Source: Octopus bimaculoides | Taxonomy: Eukaryota | Direction: 5' to 3' | DNA length: 55,048 bases | NCBI RefSeq assembly: GCF_001194135.2 | Contig: NC_068985.1 | Span: 33,112,603 to 33,167,650, forward strand | Shown: in pieces, positions 36,700 through 49,054 of the stretch | Numbering within the stretch: position 1 is the stretch's first letter | Layout of the letters: each line of letters begins with the position of its first letter | The notes under the pieces: model-generated | Seen by the model: the letters and a program-made list of their open reading frames with translations, nothing else | What the model was told of the DNA's origin: nothing | Database searches by the model: none | Made by a program: the position numbers and the translations under genes

Positions 36700-38800
36700 A
36701 GGTGAAAGTCTACACAGACAATATTTAAACCGAGTGAACGTGAACAAGCTAGACATGGCGGTATTATTAGTCATTTAGCTTAGGATCCAATCGTTTAGGC
36801 ATTGCATTTAGGTCACCAATTTATTCATTCGAGCCTTGTTCTTGACTGGTACTTATTTTGGTATATCTAAACAAGTGTGTCTGCCAAAATTTGTTTCCTC
36901 TTACCTTCCAGAGAAATGGATACTTTTTGATGAAATTTTCTACAAATACCCTTCAAATGGTGCAGAACCCAATTATATAGGAATCTGTGAACAGGCTGGA
37001 GAGAGAGTTTCGGAAAATTCACAAAAGTCGACTTTGCTTCCTCATAATGGGTATTTTTTGATGAAATTTTCTACAAATACCTCTCAAATGATGTAGATTA
37101 GGATTATATCGGAATTTAATATGAAAAAAAAAATGGTGACCACACACCAAAAATATCAACAAAATGAAACTGGGAATTGGGAAAACGTAGTGTCAGATTG
37201 TACATGTGTGTGCTCACTTTCCCCCCCCCCCCCCCCCACATTAAATTCCGATATACTCGTAATCTAAAGCGTCTGAAAGGTATTTCTTTAAAAAATATTC
37301 ATTTTTCTGAAAGTTATGAGGAAACAAAGCCAACTCGTATGAATTTTTCTGAAACTCCTCTCAAAGAAAAAAACTTTTCGCCACATATAGCGATATAATT
37401 GGAATCTACACCATCTAAAGCGTGTTTGTAGAAAATTTCATTGAAAACATATCCGTTTTTCTGAAAGTTACGCGGAAACAAATTCAGGGAGCATATGTAC
37501 ACAAGATGTATACACTTGTGTACATATGCTCTTATTTTATCACTCAAAGTTGCCGAATAAGTACGTAAACAACGACCTAAAGTACAAAACGGAAGGTTCC
37601 CGCCTTGGCTCATTTATACTATGCATGTTGAATCCCCAAATATCAACAAATATTCTAAATCGTGTTTTATATTTATAAAATATAGCTACCATATAACGAC
37701 AATTAACTCAGTTTAATTATTCCTAGTTGTCACTTACGTAAAATGATTTGTAAATTGGATCTATGTAGCACGTTATTTCTATGTGAACCTTTACATTTTT
37801 GTACTGGAAGTCGTTGTTTATGTACATTACAACTACCAAAGGATCCATAAACAACGGTTAAGAGCGGCAGATAAAATACCGGGAATGTCCAAAGTTCATA
37901 TCCTCAGTATTTTATTTTATCCAGTCTGGGAAATAGAAATACGAAGTACCAAAGTCGATGCCTTAAATGCATCCTAGATAAGAGAAGAAACGGATTAGTT
38001 GACTTCTTTCACTTTTTTTTTTAATTATAAAAATGACTGAATTGAATTTACAACTAGGTTTCTCGTACTTACTGAAACTGAAATGACACAGGGAATATAT
38101 AGGGAAAATGCATTAACGTCATATATAGAAAAACTGTCTTAGAGTAAGAGATAATGAAACTATGAGACAAATTAAACTCGAAAGAGAACGTAATTTTATA
38201 ATCGGAGAATGTAAACGTGGACATTAAGTTTTTGAAAGCATAAAGAGAAACTATTTCGCATCGTTCTTCTTACTTTGAAATATAAACTTCCTTACAAGAG
38301 GTTTCAACATTTTTTAAAAAATATTACTAAAGATTACCTTTTATATCAAAATTTAACGGAAATAAATTCACATGTTCGAAGTAATTTTTTTACAAATAAA
38401 ATATCAGACAGGTCCTTAAATGCTATAAATAACGATTTCGTTTAATTTACTGAGAGCAGATAAAAATTAGAGTTATCTCCCTTTAGATAAAACAAACATT
38501 TCTTGAGAACGTAGTTTTCTATTAAAAAACATTCCCAATGCAATAAATTTGAAGCAGTTTCGAACATCGTTATTATTATAATAAAAGAGAAACAAAAAGA
38601 AAATTTTATTTTTGGTGGGGAAAGTAGGGTTGCTGAGAAATGTAACCCATCCATGGAAGAAAAGTATTAACTTAGTCAAACGCTGACGTTTGCCTGATAG
38701 AAAACCGAAAGCGCTTCTTCGTCGTGAGGACTCAATGAAAGTGAAAGAATTAATGTTTCCGGAAGTTATCACGGTAACTACTAACACGAGTGCATTTTGC
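36700..38800 (-). promoter_or_regulatory. Putative MAT2B promoter / 5' UTR exon region
   Basis: CpG-retaining zone upstream of the first coding exon; YY1-like CATGGCGG 36754-36761, E2F-like TTCCCGCC 37597-37604, ETS-like CCGGAAGT 38759-38766. Motif matches only; no transcript data. Confidence 0.3.
36870..37490. mobile_element. Foldback-type non-autonomous element: long inverted arms built from ~135-bp subrepeats
   Basis: gatgaaattttctacaaatac..aaatg.tg.aga units tandem at 36920-37100 and inverted at 37260-37480; poly-C near the centre. Confidence 0.7.
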
Positions 38801-38861
38801 ACCAAAATCCAATATGAGAGTTTCTCTCATGGTAACTACTGCAGTATAGTTTGTTCCAACA

Positions 38862-39047
38862 CAGTGCTCTGCAACTGGGATGCCGCTGCACACTGGCGTA
38901 CCACGAGACGATTCTAGGTGTGCCGCAGTGTAACTTGAATATAATTTTTTCCCCTAAAGTTTTAGTTATATTTTTAGTTCAGGTGTACCGCCGAATTTTG
39001 AAAAGAATATAAGTATACCGCAAGTGAAAAAAGGTTACGGAACACTG
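38862..39047. mobile_element. hAT-like MITE (~186 bp)
   Basis: TIRs cagtgctctgcaact / ggttacggaacactg; internal gtgtgccgc motifs; 8-bp TSD not preserved. Confidence 0.65.
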
Positions 39048-39894
39048 TCGCTCACGTTCAAGTGGGCATAGATGTTATAAGAAGTGCTTTCAAGGTCAAA
39101 TAATGAAAGTGTTTGCGTGGGTGAATGTATTTTCAAAGGCGGAAAGTTAAATTTGATGAATTTTTTTAAAAATACAAGTTGTGTATTTTCATTTATTTTC
39201 TTGACCTTTGACTTGTATGAGTCAAAGGTCAAGATCATCAAATAGGAGATATGTTCCACGTAAACTGGACATTTGGTAACCTTAATCTAGCTGGCTCTGT
39301 ATAGTCTGTCCATTGTTTTACTTCTTCGTTCCAAAAGTTACATATTGTAAGAAAATTCTTTGATGATTCTTCATATCAACCTTTTAAAATTTGTAGGACG
39401 AAATCTGCAAAATTGAATAGATGAAATGCTCCCATGTACACAAACATTAAACTTTTCGCTCTTCGCTCGTATGTGTGTACACTTTCCACTTGGTAAGGAG
39501 GGTGGAGAGGGACCGCAACCGTCTAATAAATTTACAAGAAGGTAGGTGAAAGTGGTGAGTATGGCTCAATCGATTGGATCTTCTCTCAGTATGCGTAGGT
39601 CAGTGAACGACTGATGGAAGAAGGCATTTATGCTTGACAGTGCTCTAAGATCTGTGATGTTCTTTGATTGACACTTAGTGGCGGTCATTTTCTGAGAACA
39701 CTGGAATTTTTTATACTGTGTAGATTTCAACTTCTTTGACACTCGTTTGGATTTATCGTAACATCACCACCACCACCATTTAGTAACAGTCTATGCTATG
39801 CCCTCTCGCCTATTGTCTTAATAGTAAATAAAGAAAACAGTACAGTTACCGTAATCGTTTTAATTATTGGGCATACCACCTACACAAGTGTCCA

Positions 39895-40085
39895 CCTTTG
39901 ACTTTGTTTTCTCATAACTTCCAGAAAGGTATATATTTTTAAAGAATTACTTTTTATGACTATGCTTCAGATGGTGTAGATTCTGATTATATGGGAATTT
40001 GGTGTGAAAAAAATTTCCCGGTGGTGGGGACAGGAGTTTCTGACAAATTCACAAAAGTTAGCTTTCATAACTTTCAGAAAAATTA
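39895..40085 (+). repeat. Fragment of the 36870-37490 foldback family
   Basis: cataacttccagaaag..cagatggtgtagattctgattatatgggaattt..aaattcacaaaagt..cataactttcagaaa. Confidence 0.65.
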
Positions 40086-40498
40086 GTATTTTAATTAGTA
40101 AGCCAACGGAAGAATTTAGTATACCAAGCTATAGTTGAAGCTAAAGGTAAACACTTTTTCTACATTGGTTCGACGAAATCTTATATGAAAATACGTTTGG
40201 CCAACCACGAATATTCTTTTAGGAACTCTGGTAAACGTTCTTTCATTAGTCTTAGTAAATTTATCAGGAAATTAACACAGTAATATCAGTTTTAAGATTA
40301 GATGGAAGATTATATGTTCTGCAAAACCTTAACACGCCCCCCTCCCCCCCGCCGATAGAAATTGTCAGCTCTGCATTTCGGAACGCTATAATATCCTTTT
40401 ATAAAGCAATGAATTATTAAGCGAGTGAGTTGAAAAGTTCTTCCCATGCCTACACGCTCTTAAATATCTATTTTATAAATATCATTAATCATTCTGTA

Positions 40499-40810
40499 AT
40501 CTCTATATATAAAAATGAGAATGTAGGTCTGTCTGTCTGTCTGTGTTAATCTTTAAAACTTGAGAACTACACAACCAATTTCATTCAAATTTTACACATG
40601 CCTTATTTAGGGTCCATGTAGTGTCATAGACCAAAACAATTTTTTAACTTCTTGCCTAGTTCGAGCCCAGAGCAATATCATATCTCCTCCATTATTTCAG
40701 TATTACGTGTCAAAAGTGAAACAATAATATCTTTCTGTTGTAATGTCAGATATTTTCACTTTAATAGTTTCACTTTAATACTGAAACTATTAAAGTGAAA
40801 CTATTATCTC
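40499..40810 (+). mobile_element. Helitron-like non-autonomous element, 5' part
   Basis: atctctatatataaaaatgagaatgt..(ctgt)n..aactacacaaccaatttcattcaaattttacaca is the 5' layout typical of animal non-autonomous Helitrons; 3' end not seen (microsatellite and gap). Confidence 0.5.
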
Positions 40811-40814
40811 ACAT

Positions 40815-41305
40815 ATATATATACAGGCATACATACATACATATATATACATACATACATATATATATATATATATGTATGTATGTATACATCTGCACAA
40901 ATGTATATATATATAGATGTATATATATGCATGTATATATATACATGTATATATATACATCTATATATATACATTTATATATATACNNNNNNNNNNNNNN
41001 NNNNNNNNNNNNNNNNNNNNNNNNNNNNNNNNNNNNNNNNNNNNNNNNNNNNNNNNNNNNNNNNNNNNNNNNNNNNNNNNNNNNNNNNNNNNNNNNNNNN
41101 NNNNNNNNNNNNNNNNNNNNNNNNNNNNNNNNNNNNNNNNNNNNNNNNNNNNNNNNNNNNNNNNNNNNNNNNNNNNNNNNNNNNNNNNNNNNNNNNNNNN
41201 NNNNNNNNNNNNNNNNNNNNNNNNNNNNNNNNNNNNNNNNNNNNNNNNNNNNNNNNNNNNNNNNNNNNNNNNNNNNNNNNNNNATATATATATATATATA
41301 TATAT
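40815..41305. repeat. (TA)n/(CATA)n microsatellite around an N gap
   Basis: Seen directly. Confidence 0.95.
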
Positions 41306-41321
41306 ACCCATACACACATAG

Positions 41322-41470
41322 GTGCAGGTGTGGTTGTATGGTAAGAAACTTGGTTCCAAAACACATGGTCCTGGGTTCAGTACCACTGTGTGGTGACTTG
41401 GCATGTATCTTCTGCTATAGCCTCAGACGAACCAAAGCCGTGAATGGATTATGTAGACAGAAACAGTTAC
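41322..41470 (+). mobile_element. tRNA-derived SINE 5' part
   Basis: ggtgcaggtgtggttgtatggtaagaaacttg..ctgggttcagtaccactg. Confidence 0.7.
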
Positions 41471-42337
41471 ATGCAATTGAAGAATTAGACTTTTCTGTTA
41501 TATTTTCTGTAATGAACTGGATACCTATGATTCGAATTTCATCAAAATTGCAAATGAGGGTTCTTTCCCTCTTTATACACCCTAAAAAAATTCTAATCAT
41601 GACACATGTATCCCATACTACTGATCTTTATGTACAGATTCCAGTCTTATGGAACCTGTTAAAAGGATTTTGCTCCTGAAAAATGGAGGTCATGGATCTC
41701 TAAAATGTGGGAGTTAAGGCCCCTATTGGGAGTGGGTGTCTTAATGTCAACCAGAGAAGTTGAATTGTTGAGAACCTTTTTAACTTGGGTCTTATACGTA
41801 TTGTATGAATTTCTTTGAAATAGGAAATATATGTATGTTTACTGGGTTTGTAAAAGCGAGCAAAGCTACAGGAAACCAAAATAGGAATGATCACAATAAG
41901 CAGTCAGCTACCCTACCGTAGTCGTTACTACTCCCCAATGTAAGATTCCTCACCATACAGGTGACAGGCACAGCTGTAAGATGCATTACGGATCTATAGC
42001 AATTGGAAGGGCGTGACCCAACTAAAACATTAACAACTGTGTGACGTGAGGGCTAAGGGGAAATGAAAGTGTCACCTCTGGAGTTTTCAAATTACCACTA
42101 TACCGATAGGTAACTGGACAGAATAAATTTACAATCTATAAATGTTTTTCAATAACCAGTCACTCATCTGGGAAGGCCTTGAAATCAATGTTACCATCGG
42201 TAACATTGACCCAGTGATAATAAAAAGACTGAAAGGAGGACTAATATGTGTGTGTGTGAGTGTATATATGTATAGATGTCTTTATCGGCAAACGGCATGA
42301 TAAAGAGATTCCACAGGTAACAAATCAGCCATACGTG

Positions 42338-44004
42338 CATGTCCAGACATAACCAACTAGATGGAATTCCTTCCTCTTATTCTACTCGGTATCTGTGTAT
42401 CTATTAAGGACGACATTGGTCACTCACCAGCTGAGTTAGTTCACGGCACCACGCTGGCCCTGCCAGGGCAAATGATCGCTCCAGTTCCTCCAAAGGATAT
42501 TCTTGATCCCACATTTTATGTACATCGTCTCTGAGCACATATGTCCCATCTCTCACCTAACGCACCCCGTTCGCAGAAAACCGACACGTATGTTCCCTCG
42601 GACATTAACCAATGAACGCACGTTTTTATCCGGAACGATGGAATACCATCACAAATCCGTCCACCGTATTCTGTACCCTATAAAGTACTACAGAGAAAGG
42701 AGAAATACTTCGTCGTCGACATGAATGGCAAGCCAAATACTATTAGTATCGATCGACTTAAGAAAGCTATCGTCGAACCCGATTCCTCCTCATCATCGTC
42801 GACTCCCGCAAGTACCTCAACGTCTTCACAGCAAACTCGAACAAGAAACAGGCGAAGAGTCTACTGTCCGGCGAAATACATACAAGTTTTCTATTTCAAA
42901 AAATTCCAGGTGAGTGATTTACAGGCACCAATGCCTTAATTTCTACACGAACAGCTACACAACTTATTTCTTTATATTTTTCTTTCCACTGAACTTCACA
43001 AGGACAATACCTGTAACACATTGCATTAATTCAAATTCCTGTCTGTCATATTAAATCAAAATTGATTCTGCTTGCATTCTGTCAGACTCAAATGAACTGA
43101 ACATTTTATTCATGAACTGAACATTTATTCATCACCTGAATTCATAAGCTGAATTTTTGTTTGCGTACCTTCTCAATTTTATTCATATTTTACACTTCCA
43201 CTTTCTTTCAGTCGAATTGTCGCACGTTGCATTTTACATGTACATATTTTTTTCCTCGTTCACTTTGAAAATGTATTGTTGCATATACACACGCATGCAC
43301 CTTTCCTCAGCACCTGGCCTTGCGCACGCATCTGCACACATAGTTCATACACACACACATGCTCTGTCACAGTCATGCACCACATATTCCTTTTTTTTTG
43401 CTTATTTTCCATGCTCAATGCACCAGTGTAGACAAAACTAATCTCTGTAAGACCCTAGGACGGTCACGCATACACAGAGAAAGTTGTTTATCCCTTACAA
43501 TTCTCCAGTATTCCACACTCTTGCCCCTGCACGTTCGATGCATATAATACTTCATGCACCGGCTGTCATATTCAACACTGCCTTAATCACTGGCATATTC
43601 AACACCGTACACTGTATCTGAATCAATGCACTAGCATTACTGCTTCAGCCTTGCAAGCCCTATTGCACATATGCACCCCTATTATGCACATCTACCGCCT
43701 TCTTTTAAAACACGTCTGTGTAGCTCAATTCTTCTCCCGACTCAAAGCACATCGGATGTTCACATGCTCTGCGCTCATGTTTAGACATAATTTCCCCCTG
43801 TTAGACCCTTGACTAAGAAAATTATCTCTCTCGCGCATCACTCCAGCATGCTATACTATCGTCCTTGCTAATCTCAGCAAGTAACCACGACAACAGCACC
43901 AGACACATTTCACCGCTGAAAAACATTCCAGGGCATTTACCATACATTTCTTTCTCAGCTTCGATTGTTCGTTTCCTTTCCCGGAACCTCACTGGGGAGG
44001 GGAG
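42338..44004 (+). mobile_element. Gypsy retrotransposon 3' part: integrase C-terminus, long 3' UTR, polypurine tract
   Basis: LPLILLGICVSIKDDIGHSPAELVHGTTLALPGQ..THVFIRND..RPPYSVPYKVLQRKEKYFVVDMNGKPNTISIDRLKKA (GPY/F module); PPT ggggaggggag at 43994-44004. Confidence 0.85.
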
Positions 44005-44813
44005 TGATGTTGGATCTTGCAGGCATGAAGTGAATTCGATCCACTTTAGCCAAATTTAAATTAACAGTTCAACAGAACTTTTCTCACGGTGGAACAATGG
44101 TTTTTCTCTGACAGCAGTTTTACATTTTCCAGATGCCTTTGCTAGGCCGAAATAATGTCTTCCCCACTTGACCCTTTCTAAACTCTTCTACTTCACCAAA
44201 AGCTAGAATAGAGATAACAAGACCACCGACTAAATCTATTGTTCTCAACGATATGTCTGTCTTTCTGGATAGTTATAAAAGCAAGAACCCCAAGCAAAAA
44301 GACAGTCAGTCGGCTCGTGACAACTCAATAAGTTAGTTAGCGAATGACGACCGAATCGGAGACAGCTATCATCATTTAAGAAGCGGAATGCTAGAATCAT
44401 GATCGTAATCATGGCAGCGACTAAAGACAATGGTCAGCGAGAGAAATGAAATTTACTGTCAGCAACTGTGAGACAACGTCCCACAACCCTACAACTTTCA
44501 CTAGCTCTATATCTGTTCTTTTACAACATCATTCTATCGCTATCGATGCCTTACTGCTAAGAGAACGTGTACACATAACTATACAAAGAAAAATTCCACC
44601 ACATCTAATTTTCTTTCGCATGCTCCCGGATTTTATAACCTGCCCGACGAGGCAAGGTATTTTCAACGTAACGGTAAATAAATACTTTCTTAAAACTTCA
44701 TGCATTGTTCATCTTCCACATCCTACAACATGCCGTTATAACAATAAATTTTTATTGTTACAACTGCTGACTCCGACATTTCATATTATTGTGTACCTAA
44801 TCAACCTTAAACG

Positions 44814-44818
<5 letters not shown>
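44005..44818 (+). mobile_element. Putative 3' LTR of the Gypsy remnant
   Basis: TG directly after the PPT, TATAAAA 44274-44280, AATAAA 44743-44748, ends gttaCA; no 5' LTR available for comparison. Confidence 0.4.
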
Positions 44819-44855
<37 letters not shown>

Positions 44856-45099
44856 GAATCATATCATCTACTTTTATGGCTGACTGGATGCTCTTCCTGT
44901 CGCTAACCTTCACTTATTATCAGGGAATATTTCACCATAACCAGACGTTTACATAGCAGATTGAAAACGAAGAACAACCTCTTATATGACAGTGACACTT
45001 ACTTACTACCATTGCCCGATGTCAAGGCAAGGAGACAGTAAAACACACACACACAGAAGAAACATGACCTGAAATATAATATTTTCTACCCTGAAGTGA

Positions 45100-45371
45100 G
45101 ATCGTTGCCAGTGCCCCTGGACTGGCTTGTGCGGGTGGCACATAAAAGACACCATTTCGAGCGTGGCCGTTTTCGTGCGGGTGACACGTAAAAGCACCCA
45201 CTACACTCTCTGAGTGGTTGGCGTTAGGAAGGGCATCCAGCTGTAGAAACTCTGCCAAATTAGATTGGAGCCTGGTGTTGCCATCCGGTTTCACCAGTCC
45301 TCAGTTAAATCGTCCAACCCATGCTAGCATGGAAAGCGGACGTTAAACGATGATGATGATGATGATGATGA
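45100..45371 (+). mobile_element. Young RTE-tail retroposon
   Basis: Near-identical reverse complement of 2562-2789; (GAT)n tail; CpGs intact. Confidence 0.9.
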
Positions 45372-45714
45372 CGGAGGCTCAATTTATTTCCTTCCAGTAC
45401 GACCTCCATATTATGGTGAACTACATCTACCAACATTATGGTGGATCTCCGAGCCTCCAGAAACAGCTGTTGGATTTATAACATCTTACTTCTTCCCCTT
45501 TAATTTTCTTCGCCGTTTGTACTCTGTGTAAGTTTGATCTATTAATATAAATATCGATATGTTTATCGTTTGAAAGCCTTCAGTCTTTGCTTTCTTTCCG
45601 TTTGCCTGTGTACATATATATATTGTATATATTTTGCATATCAAACCCAAGCTGCTATATTTAATTTGTTTATCCGCATAATTGCCTCCATATCTGCTCG
45701 CCTTGTTTCCTCTT

Positions 45715-47585
45715 ATAGAATATTATATCGTGAAAAAGTACATATATCCATGTGTAGGCATCTTATCAATCACTCCGAAAATCTGTAAATTTTTTCCTTG
45801 CTCAACAATTTGCATAACGATTCTTCTGGTATTGTAAAAGCATTGTGAGATATGATCTTTGTTAAATGCAGACAACTCTGAGTTCCAAATTTTCCGGAGT
45901 CTGCAGAAGTACTCTTTTGTTATTCTGACTTTAGTCACAGTACCAATGTATGCAACATTCTCATCGATTCCAAGGTATTTGTAACTTTCATCATTACAGG
46001 TAAGGGAGATAGACAGGCTGTCGATGTACATTTTGTCTACGTGGTTGACAATCTTTCCTCGATTGACTATCATGTATGAGCATTTATCTTGTCCAAACTC
46101 CATTCCTGTATCACGTGAGAATGCTGTGACTAGTTATAATTGTTTCTTGATGTTGGTCATACTACCGGAATATAATTTTAGATCTTCAACAAAAAATGTG
46201 TTAGTAACTTTATACTTTTCTGCATATCCCAGTATGTAGCCTTGGCATTTTGTTAAACAGGGCTGACAAAGGATTTACTGCCAATACAAATGGCATTACA
46301 GATAAACTATCACCCTGGAATATGCCTGTTGATAGCTTAATTCTGTTTGTAACAATAGGTGTTACTTTAGTTGTCAGTGATAACTGTGTGGACCATGTTG
46401 CAGTTAGTTTTTCAGTGGCATTCACTATAGCATCTGGTGCTTTGGCACCATGAGTGGGGTACAGAGACGAACGCCTTCTTGTAATCTAGCCATATTGTTA
46501 GGAGTTTACGGTGATGTTGCTTGGCTTCCTTAAGGACAATTTTGTTGAGGAGGAGCTATTCAGCACAGCCCCAGACTTTTTTTCTTCCTGCCTGTTCATC
46601 GGTTACCATTCTATTTGTTTGGCAGTGACCTTGAAGAAACATATTCAGACAACCTGTGTACAGTTTATACATAAAATTTAGGCATGTTATGGGCCTATAG
46701 TTTTTAGCCACATGGGTCTCTTTGTTCTTGAGGATAATAGTAATCTGTGCGACCGTCAGCCAATCTGGTATAGGAAGCTCAGCATCCATTGTTTTCTTGA
46801 ACAGGTTCGTGAGATTTTCCCTGTAGAACGTTAGCTTTTTGTACCAGTAGCCTCCTATCATGTCTCTCCTAGGTGATTTTCCATTCAGCAATTTCATAAT
46901 AACCGTCAGGAGTATTTCACTGGCGATGTTATATGTTTTGGAAAAGGCATTTACGCAGGATTCACTTCGTAGTTCGTTTTACCATGCTGCATCACCGTTG
47001 TATCTTTTGTTTTCATTCCCGATTCCCCATCAGAATGACTCTAAGTCTTCCTGGGGAGAAGCATTTACTACCTTGGTGGTATTGTCTTTCATATTGCAAT
47101 ATACAGATTGTGGATTTCGGGCAAACATTCGGTTTATCACTTTCTGTTCACGTAATATTTTACAATATCGAAGTTTCCACTCACCACTCGTAGATCATAT
47201 TTGAGGGTCGTAAGTTTTCCTGTGAATGTTTCTCGGCGGCAGTCCCCATACAATTTGAAGAACCTTTCATGCAGTCGTAGCTGATAATTTGTGAACTCAT
47301 TTTTAGTTTTACATTTGATGATAGTGTCCAACTGTCCTATCTTTTTCCTAAGACCGTTGATGTTATTTTGGAAGGAGGTAATCCATTTTTGGCTCCATAT
47401 GATCGGTCTCTCTGTCTGCCATCCGTTGGTGCACAGTTACCGCGGCACAATATTGCAGGGCATTTATTGTCCAAAAGTTGGGAGTTTGAATTTGAGCAAC
47501 TTGTTCTCTCGCAATTTCGTCGATCACAAATAACATCAGGTCAGTGGGGATTTTTTCAACTCTTATCGGTACTGTTCTCTTATTC
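45715..47585 (-). mobile_element. R4/Dong-clade LINE RT region, decayed and 3'-truncated
   Basis: KSPRRDMIGGYWYKKL..PDWLTVAQITIILKNKETHVAKNYRPITCLNFMYKL..EQAG; GIFQGDSLS..FVLAVNPLS; FFVEDLKLY; MEFGQDKC; YKYLGIDE. Confidence 0.85.
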
Positions 47586-47589
47586 ATTC

Positions 47590-47655
47590 ATTTATGCATG
47601 CATGCATGCATGCATGCATGTATGTATGTATGTATGTATGTATGTATGCATGCAC
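47590..47655. repeat. (TGCA)n/(TGTA)n microsatellite
   Basis: Seen directly. Confidence 0.95.
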
Positions 47656-48914
47656 GATAGCTTTTTTCAGTTTCCAAGCTACAGTAGAAGACTCTTAGGA
47701 GACATCTATACATAATTCATTCTTGTCGTTATACATGCTTCCAGTGGATGTTTTAAATTTTAAAAGTTTAAAAAATACTGTCAATTTATAAGGCATATTT
47801 TAAATATTGAAATTTTGTTATAACTTAAATGATTCAAGTACACTCTCTTACATATTTTCTTTAATAAGGATTTCTTTTGAAATTCAAATCGAAACCCGAG
47901 TCAGAATTTTAATGAGTTTTTTTCCAGTAAAAAAAAGGTTCATCTTGAGAGGAAAGTCAAGATTTGCATGTGTTTAAATGTACATTTGGTTATATATACT
48001 TATTTAACTATTGAAGTGAGGAATTTGATTAGCAATCGACAATTTACCGTCTGTAGTAACTTGGATTTAAATCTTCATAACACTTCAAAGCTGTTAATAT
48101 TTTTTTCAAACTTATTACATTCTCTCTCACCCTCACCTACTCTAGCTGGGTCAGCAGTGAGCATAGATAGCATATCTGTGTATCTGTGCTACAAATCAAA
48201 TCATTGTTTAGATTCTCTTCGATTTTTAAAAATAATTTTGTTAAAGATAAACATGACAATATTTATGTTTAGAGTGACCTTCCTCTAATCTTAATATTTG
48301 AAACCTATTATGTTTCAGGCTAGTTTAAAGGTCAGACTTTTTATTTGATTACTATCAATTTCCTGTTAATATATACGGAAAATTTCAACAAAACTTTGCT
48401 CAATCCGTAGAATTGTTATATGTTGTATTGAAGTTTGAAGAAAGTTTCATTATTCCTACCCCTACTCATGAGTAACCGAATCAATACCACTACCACCACC
48501 ACCACAAAAAAAAACACCGCCGCCGCCACTACCGTCACTATTATCATTAGGAAATCAAAGTATCCATAACGGAGTTCTAACAATAAAAAAAATATATGAC
48601 TTGCTAAACTATTTTCCTCCCCATAAAACACATTTTATGCATTGATGATGCGGAAATAACGCGTTGTCCATTGCTGGGATATAAGTAACAATAACAACGA
48701 CGACGACAATAACAACAACAACAAAAATGTGTAATTTAAATTTTTAAGCCCCACCCCCACCAAACCAAATAAGGCCATGTGTGTNNNNNNNNNNGTGTGT
48801 AAGAAAATAAAAATATTTACTAACAGAAAAGTACGCTAGTAAAATAATCTCTTACATACCCCTTTTTAAAATCCCAGCAATGACCCCAGGCTCTCCAATA
48901 TTTTACAATTATAA

Positions 48915-49054
48915 GGCGGCGAGCTGGCAGAATCGTTAGCACGCCGGGCGAAATGCTTATCGGTATTTCGTCTGTCTTTACGTTCTGAGTTCAAATTCCG
49001 CTGAGGTCGACTTTGCCTTTCATCCCCCAAAATTTCCGGCCTAGAGTAGAAAAG
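48915..49054 (+). mobile_element. Young, internally deleted tRNA-SINE with a perfect 18-bp TSD
   Basis: aatattttacaattataa at 48897-48914 and 49055-49072; head ggcggcgagctggcagaatcgttagcacgccgggcg. Confidence 0.9.

Noticed and set aside
37314-37613. ORF MSQGGNLPFCTLGRCL as an alternative MAT2B first exon
   Set aside because: No GxxGxxG or MAT2B similarity, no good donor, and most of it lies in the foldback repeat
38473-38917. Overlapping short ORFs in the CpG-rich zone
   Set aside because: No recognisable domain or splice context; one overlaps the hAT MITE
41470-42330. Complex sequence that might be exonic or a transposon remnant
   Set aside because: All frames are interrupted and I could not recognise any motif; left unannotated
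44446-44883. 145-aa plus-strand ORF
   Set aside because: Lies in the putative LTR and a (CA)n tract; no protein-like motifs
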